From a virus (Duplodnaviria > Heunggongvirae > Uroviricota > Caudoviricetes), in IMG/VR virus record IMGVR_UViG_3300045988_046105, positions 1-29,037 of that record: a stretch of 29,037 nt of DNA; one strand, 5' to 3'. This document shows positions 24,093 to 29,037 of the stretch, piece after piece. Below the pieces are notes generated by a model that saw only the letters and a program-made list of their open reading frames with translations, searched no databases and had not been told where the DNA came from. Within the stretch, counting starts at the first letter, position 1; every line of letters begins with the position of its first letter. Position numbers and translations under genes: made by a program.

Positions 24093-24195
24093 ATCTATTC
24101 GTATTTACAGCCTTTTTATCCATATGTGGTTTTTCAGGTAATAGAATAACCAGATATGCGGCGCAACGGGTGCTGCGACTATCTGGAGATTTAAC

Positions 24196-26325
24196 ATGAC
24201 GGTCTCAACCGAAGTTGACCACAACGAATACACCGGTAACGGCGTTACGACATCGTTTCCGTATACTTTTCGAATTTTCAGAAAATCAGACCTGGTTGTT
24301 CAGGTGTCTGACCTGAACGGGAACGTAACAGAATTGGTCCTGGATACCGGTTATACGGTAACTGGGGCGGGCACTTATAGTGGCGGTTCTGTGGTTCTTC
24401 CGTCTCCGCTTGCTACTGGCTGGCGAATTACGATAGATCGTGTGCTTGATGTAGTGCAGGAGACAGACCTTCGCAATCAGGGAAAATTTTTCCCCGAAGT
24501 GCATGAAGATGCCTTTGACTACCTGACGATGCTGATCCAGCAATGTTTTGGGTGGTTCAGACGTGCATTGATGAAGCCCTCTCTGCTTGCAAAATATTAC
24601 GATGCAAAGCAAAACAGAATTTCTAACCTTGCAGATCCATCACTTGAGCAGGATGCTGTAAATAATCGCTCAATGCGTAATTATGTCGATGCTGCAATCG
24701 CCGGGGTTGTTGGTGGTTTTGGTTGGTTTATTCAGTATGGTTCTGGGGCTGTGTACCGAACGTTCCAGGATAAGATGAGAGACACCATTAGTGTTCGTGA
24801 TTTTGGTGCAAAAGGAGACGGCATAACAGATGATACTGTAGCAATTCAAAATGCTATTAATGCAGTACCAGAAGGGGCTATACTTGGATTTTATGGTGGT
24901 GAATTTGTTTTTGATAAGGTTGAATTGTTTAAGCCAATAACATTAGTTGGTGATGCAACGTTAATTCACAACGGATTTAGAATAAAATCTAGCAGAATCC
25001 GATCACTTTTATCTGGCGTTCAGAAATGCAAGGATTACTCCGAGTCTTCAAGAGCATTTTATTGCTATGCAAATGAAGACCAAAGAGATTATGACGATAT
25101 TCAGATTTTATTTAATAGATTTGAAGGTTTCTTTTACTCTACGGCATTTGTTGCAAAAAACTATTATTTGGAGAATGACCCTAATTCAAGAATTGTCAAA
25201 AACACAAAAGTAATAGGGTGTACATCAGTTGCTCCTGATTCTGTAAATGCCGGTCATTTTCAACATATAGGCGTTACAAATGCTGAAACATCACATAACT
25301 CAACTTATGGCGGACAAAATGCAACATCATACAACTTCATTAACCAGAATGGATTTGTAAGGATTATAGGAAATTATGACCATAACAATAGCTATGGTTC
25401 ATGTGAGCTTGAGAACTCAATGGTGAGTAACTCAGTCATATCAGGTAATACGTTTTCGTCATATTTATGGGTGGATGATACAAGTAATGTTACTATTTCT
25501 GGAAATACCGTTTCATCAAGGATCAAAGTAACATCGCAAACTGACGATGTTCATAATATAACCATATCAGCAAATACCACAAAACGGATTACTATAGAGC
25601 AATTTGGAGAATCGCCGACAGGTCTGGTATATGGTGCATTAATTTCCTGCAACACTATTACTGGCGACAGTGATGGAAGTTCAGACATTTTATGTGCGTC
25701 ACTTGTTACAGGTGAAATTTCATCAAATTATTGTCATGGATCAGAAAAAAATATATCAATTGTCCGCCTGGATTCTTCTGATATAACTGTTAGAAACAAT
25801 AAAGGAAACAAAGGATTACTTACAATAAGTAACGATGGTGGAAGGATAATTGAATATGGCAATGATTCTATGGTTCTGTCTGGAAGCATAGATAGCAGAC
25901 ATATACATAATTTATTACATCCAGACACATCGTATTTAGACCTACCGGGGAAATATCTGCACGGAACTAAATATACTGGCAGTATCCCCCCCGGTTCCAC
26001 AGGAACTGTATCACTTCAAATACCATCAGGGGCAAGCCTTGTTTTCAGGGGCGTTTCTATATGGGTTCTAATTAGAGATGTTAGCAATAACAATATATCG
26101 TCATTCAGAATTGATGGTTCATATAGAGTTGTTGGTGGAAGTGTTGGTCTTAGTTTTGCTGATGCTTATTCGAAACTCGGGGTGGATGCAAACTCTATAA
26201 CAGTGTCAAACAATAACAGCACTTCTGGCAATATCAGCATAGCAATTAAAAACACAGATTCATCAAAAACCCTTCAGGTTACTGTTATGCCGGAGGTTTC
26301 AAGCAGGTTAGGTATTGAGGAATAG
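24196..26325 (+). CDS. tailspike protein with beta-helix (pectate-lyase-like) receptor-binding/depolymerase domain
   Basis: 709 aa, SD TGGAGA; conserved-looking N-terminal module then DFGAKGDGITDDTVAIQNAI motif typical of right-handed beta-helix glycanases; C-terminal two-thirds AT-rich with Asn/Ser/Thr-rich repeats. Confidence 0.85.
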   Translation: MTVSTEVDHNEYTGNGVTTSFPYTFRIFRKSDLVVQVSDLNGNVTELVLDTGYTVTGAGTYSGGSVVLPSPLATGWRITIDRVLDVVQETDLRNQGKFFPEVHEDAFDYLTMLIQQCFGWFRRALMKPSLLAKYYDAKQNRISNLADPSLEQDAVNNRSMRNYVDAAIAGVVGGFGWFIQYGSGAVYRTFQDKMRDTISVRDFGAKGDGITDDTVAIQNAINAVPEGAILGFYGGEFVFDKVELFKPITLVGDATLIHNGFRIKSSRIRSLLSGVQKCKDYSESSRAFYCYANEDQRDYDDIQILFNRFEGFFYSTAFVAKNYYLENDPNSRIVKNTKVIGCTSVAPDSVNAGHFQHIGVTNAETSHNSTYGGQNATSYNFINQNGFVRIIGNYDHNNSYGSCELENSMVSNSVISGNTFSSYLWVDDTSNVTISGNTVSSRIKVTSQTDDVHNITISANTTKRITIEQFGESPTGLVYGALISCNTITGDSDGSSDILCASLVTGEISSNYCHGSEKNISIVRLDSSDITVRNNKGNKGLLTISNDGGRIIEYGNDSMVLSGSIDSRHIHNLLHPDTSYLDLPGKYLHGTKYTGSIPPGSTGTVSLQIPSGASLVFRGVSIWVLIRDVSNNNISSFRIDGSYRVVGGSVGLSFADAYSKLGVDANSITVSNNNSTSGNISIAIKNTDSSKTLQVTVMPEVSSRLGIEE

Positions 26326-26401
26326 CATCATATATAATTATTTTAATGTTAATGCCGTCTTCTTGTTGGCGGCTTATTTGTGAAAATCGAATGAGTTATT
26401 T

Positions 26402-26701
26402 ATGATGAATATAGAAGTTGATATAACACCAATTCTTCACGCACTTTGCGCTGTTGTCGCACAAGTTCTGGTCGGTCTTTTTACCGGAAACTGGGCTTAC
26501 GGTGCGATAGCCGGTTGTACGTTCTTCATTGCGCGTGAACACACCCAGGCAGAATATCGCTGGATAGAAAAGTTTGGGAAAGGGAAACGTATCAACATGC
26601 CGTGGTGGGGAGGTTTTGATCCGCGCGTATGGGATGTTGGAAGCCTGTTTGACTTTGTTGTTCCTGTTACTGTTTGTTTTTGTGTTTATTTCTCTATTTG
26701 A
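26402..26701 (+). CDS. small membrane protein (3 predicted TM segments)
   Basis: 99 aa, hydrophobic; weak SD; first gene after tailspike. Confidence 0.4.
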   Translation: MMNIEVDITPILHALCAVVAQVLVGLFTGNWAYGAIAGCTFFIAREHTQAEYRWIEKFGKGKRINMPWWGGFDPRVWDVGSLFDFVVPVTVCFCVYFSI

Positions 26702-26914
26702 CTGCTACCGCGCCATTTGATGGTGCGGAATTCAACTAATCCTCTATATTTTGAATCATTTCTGTACTGCAATCTCTTCAGAGTTATGTAAAAGGCAAGC
26801 CTTATTATCGACATGAAAGGAAGGGGATTGACAATACATGGGTAACAAAAAACCATAAATGGTTTATCATGCGTAATGCCTTTACTATTCAGGAGGTAGT
26901 TATGCATATAAACG

Positions 26915-27328
26915 GTGGAAAACATGTCAGCTCAACTAACCAGTGAAACTTTAAATCAGTGGCTTAGCATGAGTTCTCTGGCGGCGGTGATAGCAGGAGC
27001 TCCTCCTGAGGTTGCTTTGGGGGCTTTGGCTGGGGCGGTAATTTTTGTTACCTCTGCGGTAGAGTATCCTATTCGTCGTCGTGTACTCTTGTCGATGCTT
27101 AGCTTTCTCTGCGGCCTTCTTTTTTATAAACCAGCAGCATCAATTCTTATCGGCATAGCCAGCCTGATCCCTACCATCACGCAGGACTCTTTTGAAAAAG
27201 GGATTGTTTTCTCAGCTGGCGCATTCGTGTCAGCAATTGTTGCTGTGCGTATTGGTATATGGCTCTATCACCGTTCCGATAATCCACGCGAGTTAATTCC
27301 GGGGAGAAAAGACGATGGTAACGCATGA
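26915..27328 (+). CDS. holin-like membrane protein
   Basis: 137 aa, 3-4 predicted TM helices, charged C-terminus; two in-frame starts (GTG 26915, ATG 26924); position upstream of endolysin. Confidence 0.5.
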   Translation: MENMSAQLTSETLNQWLSMSSLAAVIAGAPPEVALGALAGAVIFVTSAVEYPIRRRVLLSMLSFLCGLLFYKPAASILIGIASLIPTITQDSFEKGIVFSAGAFVSAIVAVRIGIWLYHRSDNPRELIPGRKDDGNA

Positions 27329-27623
27329 GTTTTTTTTGCTTATCACCAATGCAGTTATTTGTACTGGCATAGCAATTCGCGTTGTCACATTCCGGCGTAA
27401 CGGCTCTCAACATCGAAGATGGGGAGGGTGGCTTGCTTATTTCCTTATTGTTGCTGCGGCCAGTATTCCTGTTCGTGTCGTCTATGCAATCTGGTTACGC
27501 ACGCCAATGGCTGTGGATTTATCTGAGGTCATTATCAACGCTGTCATGCTCGCCGCGGTTATTAAAACACGCGGTAACGTTGTTCAGATTTTCAAAATAT
27601 CGAGGTCTAAACATGGAGATTAA
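27315..27623 (+). CDS. membrane protein (second holin/antiholin-like)
   Basis: 102 aa, 3 predicted TM helices, SD GGGGAG; end overlaps endolysin start. Confidence 0.45.
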   Translation: MVTHEFFLLITNAVICTGIAIRVVTFRRNGSQHRRWGGWLAYFLIVAAASIPVRVVYAIWLRTPMAVDLSEVIINAVMLAAVIKTRGNVVQIFKISRSKHGD

Positions 27624-28242
27624 ACAATTCCAGCGAGCTGCTGGTATTAGCGAGTCGCTGGCCGCACGCTGGTTCTCGCATATAACTTCTGCGATGAAAG
27701 AGTTTGGTATCAGCAAAGCAGAAGATCAGGCAATGTTTATTGCTCAGGTCGGGCATGAGTCTGGGGGCTTCACCCGGTTGCAGGAGAATTTCAACTACAG
27801 CGTCAGCGGTCTGGCTAACTTTGTTCGGGCTGGGCGTCTCACTCAGGGACAGGCCAACGCATTGGGGCGACGCGCAGGCGAACCACCATTGCCACTTGAG
27901 CGCCAGAGAGCGATTGCCAATCTGGTGTACAGCAAACGCATGGGGAACAATGCCCCCGGCGATGGCTGGAATTACCGTGGCCGCGGACTTATCCAGATTA
28001 CCGGTTTGAATAACTATCGTGATTGCGGAAACGGCCTGAAAGTGGACCTGCTGGAGAATCCTGAACTGTTGGCGCAGGACGAATACGCGGCTCGTAGCGC
28101 GGCGTGGTTCTTCTCCAGCAAAGGTTGCATGAAGTATACCGGCGATATTGCACGTGTAACTCTGATTATCAATGGTGGCAGGAATGGCATCGACGACCGG
28201 CGCGCGCGGTACGTCACTGCCAGTAAGGTGCTGGCTGTATGA
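27613..28242 (+). CDS. endolysin, glycoside hydrolase family 19 (chitinase-like) type
   Basis: Internal ATG 27613 (track ORF starts upstream at 27382); motifs [12 protein letters not shown] and [15 protein letters not shown] typical of GH19-type phage endolysins (recollection). Confidence 0.8.
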   Translation: MEIKQFQRAAGISESLAARWFSHITSAMKEFGISKAEDQAMFIAQVGHESGGFTRLQENFNYSVSGLANFVRAGRLTQGQANALGRRAGEPPLPLERQRAIANLVYSKRMGNNAPGDGWNYRGRGLIQITGLNNYRDCGNGLKVDLLENPELLAQDEYAARSAAWFFSSKGCMKYTGDIARVTLIINGGRNGIDDRRARYVTASKVLAV

Positions 28243-28721
28243 TCTGGTCATTCGTAAAAGCATACCGTAAACAGTTGATTATCATGGCGGTGCTTGCTGT
28301 TCTGGTCATATCAGGAGTTGTTGCCTGGAATGTGCACGGCAGTCGTCAGTACGACGCTGGGTATGCACAGGCGAAAGAAGACCGCAAAACCGAAGATGAG
28401 AGAGTTCGTCAGCACTACGAACAGGAGAAATCGATCAATGAACGTGAAGCGCAGCAGAGGATCGACCAGGCGCGCAATGATGCTCTTGATGCTGCCGCTC
28501 GCGCTGGCCGGTTGCAGCAACAGCTCGTTGCCATCCGTGAGCAGCTCAGGCAGTATAACGCCACTGTCGGCGCTGGGTCGTCAGCCGCAGACACCGGAGT
28601 TTTGCTTGCCGACGTGCTCGAAAAATCTCTCGAACGAAACCGGCAACTGGCAGAATACGCTGACCGGGCAGCTGAAGCCGGAAGGGTCTGCGAAAGACAG
28701 TACGATGAACTAACCAGGTAG
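28239..28721 (+). CDS. Rz: i-spanin (Rz-like)
   Basis: ATG overlaps endolysin stop (ATGA); N-terminal TM helix then charged coiled-coil-like region; embedded +1-frame lipoprotein gene. Confidence 0.7.
   Translation: MIWSFVKAYRKQLIIMAVLAVLVISGVVAWNVHGSRQYDAGYAQAKEDRKTEDERVRQHYEQEKSINEREAQQRIDQARNDALDAAARAGRLQQQLVAIREQLRQYNATVGAGSSAADTGVLLADVLEKSLERNRQLAEYADRAAEAGRVCERQYDELTR
28438..28713 (+). CDS. Rz1: o-spanin (Rz1-like) lipoprotein embedded in Rz in another frame
   Basis: ATG 28438 inside ORF 28294..28713 gives [26 protein letters not shown] (lipobox LAGC) followed by a Pro-rich short mature peptide. Confidence 0.6.
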   Translation: MNVKRSRGSTRRAMMLLMLPLALAGCSNSSLPSVSSSGSITPLSALGRQPQTPEFCLPTCSKNLSNETGNWQNTLTGQLKPEGSAKDSTMN

Positions 28722-28874
28722 CATGGTATTTTTCATGGTACTGTTTCCCGGTGACGGTATATAAAACGGTACGCAGAATTTATCGTTTCATAAACTTGTT
28801 TTCAGTCAATTGGTTACGAGTGCTGTAAATAATTGAGTGGGAATAATCCCCGGCGTTAGCTGAGTAAAACGAAA

Positions 28875-28901
28875 CCCTCTGTGTTTACAGAGGGTTTTTT
28901 T
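28875..28901. terminator. intrinsic terminator after lysis cassette (bidirectional-looking)
   Basis: CCCTCTGT-GTTT-ACAGAGGG followed by TTTTTTT, preceded by A-rich tract. Confidence 0.6.
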
Positions 28902-28940
28902 ATAGCTGCTACATTAAGGTCTCCCACCTGACGGCAAGCG

Positions 28941-29037
28941 CTAATCGCGCATATATTGATGCATCTGGGCCGCCGTCAGATCCCACTGGCTTCCTTCAAA
29001 CGGGGGCATATAGCTGCCATCATCTTCGCCAATCTCA
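28941..29037 (-). CDS. 3' end of a convergent ORF running off the window (C-terminus ...EIGEDDGSYMPPFEGSQWDLTAAQMHQYMRD)
   Basis: Manual translation of minus strand; open to window edge; stop TAG at 28943-28941. Identity unknown. Confidence 0.25.
   Translation of the reverse strand, partial: EIGEDDGSYMPPFEGSQWDLTAAQMHQYMRD

Noticed and set aside
1-29037. CRISPR arrays, rRNA genes, transposase or integrase genes, reverse transcriptase (retron/DGR)
   Set aside because: No regularly spaced direct repeats, no rRNA-like sequence, and no ORF with recombinase, transposase or RT motifs was seen by eye in any frame.

Overview
This 29 kb window is almost entirely the late region of a temperate-phage-like (prophage) genome of enterobacterial type. 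All protein-family calls come from reading the translations and the DNA by eye; no database search or computation was run. Order of content: (1) small accessory ORFs including a 5'-truncated DUF551-like gene; (2) terminase small and large subunits; (3) a reverse-oriented accessory gene plus a phage-borne tRNA-Arg(UCU) inserted between terminase and portal; (4) a T7-like virion module (portal, scaffold, major capsid, decoration-like protein, tail tube A/B-like proteins, internal/ejection proteins); (5) an AT-rich accessory island at 20270-24195 between the ejection proteins and the tailspike; (6) the tailspike; (7) a lysis cassette with membrane proteins, a GH19-type endolysin and Rz with embedded Rz1. 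No CRISPR array, rRNA, integrase, transposase or reverse transcriptase was seen. The best candidate for an undescribed system is the accessory island. Its transcription units share a 17-bp operator (ATTACC-N5-GGTAAT); an ~80-aa domain occurs both fused to a Bro-N domain and as a stand-alone gene behind a near-consensus LexA box; two genes have terminator-containing leaders; and it encodes a membrane-anchored tandem zinc-ribbon protein, a lipoprotein and a small secreted peptide. Separately, an exact 12-bp palindrome GTGACATGTCAC occurs three times at module boundaries.
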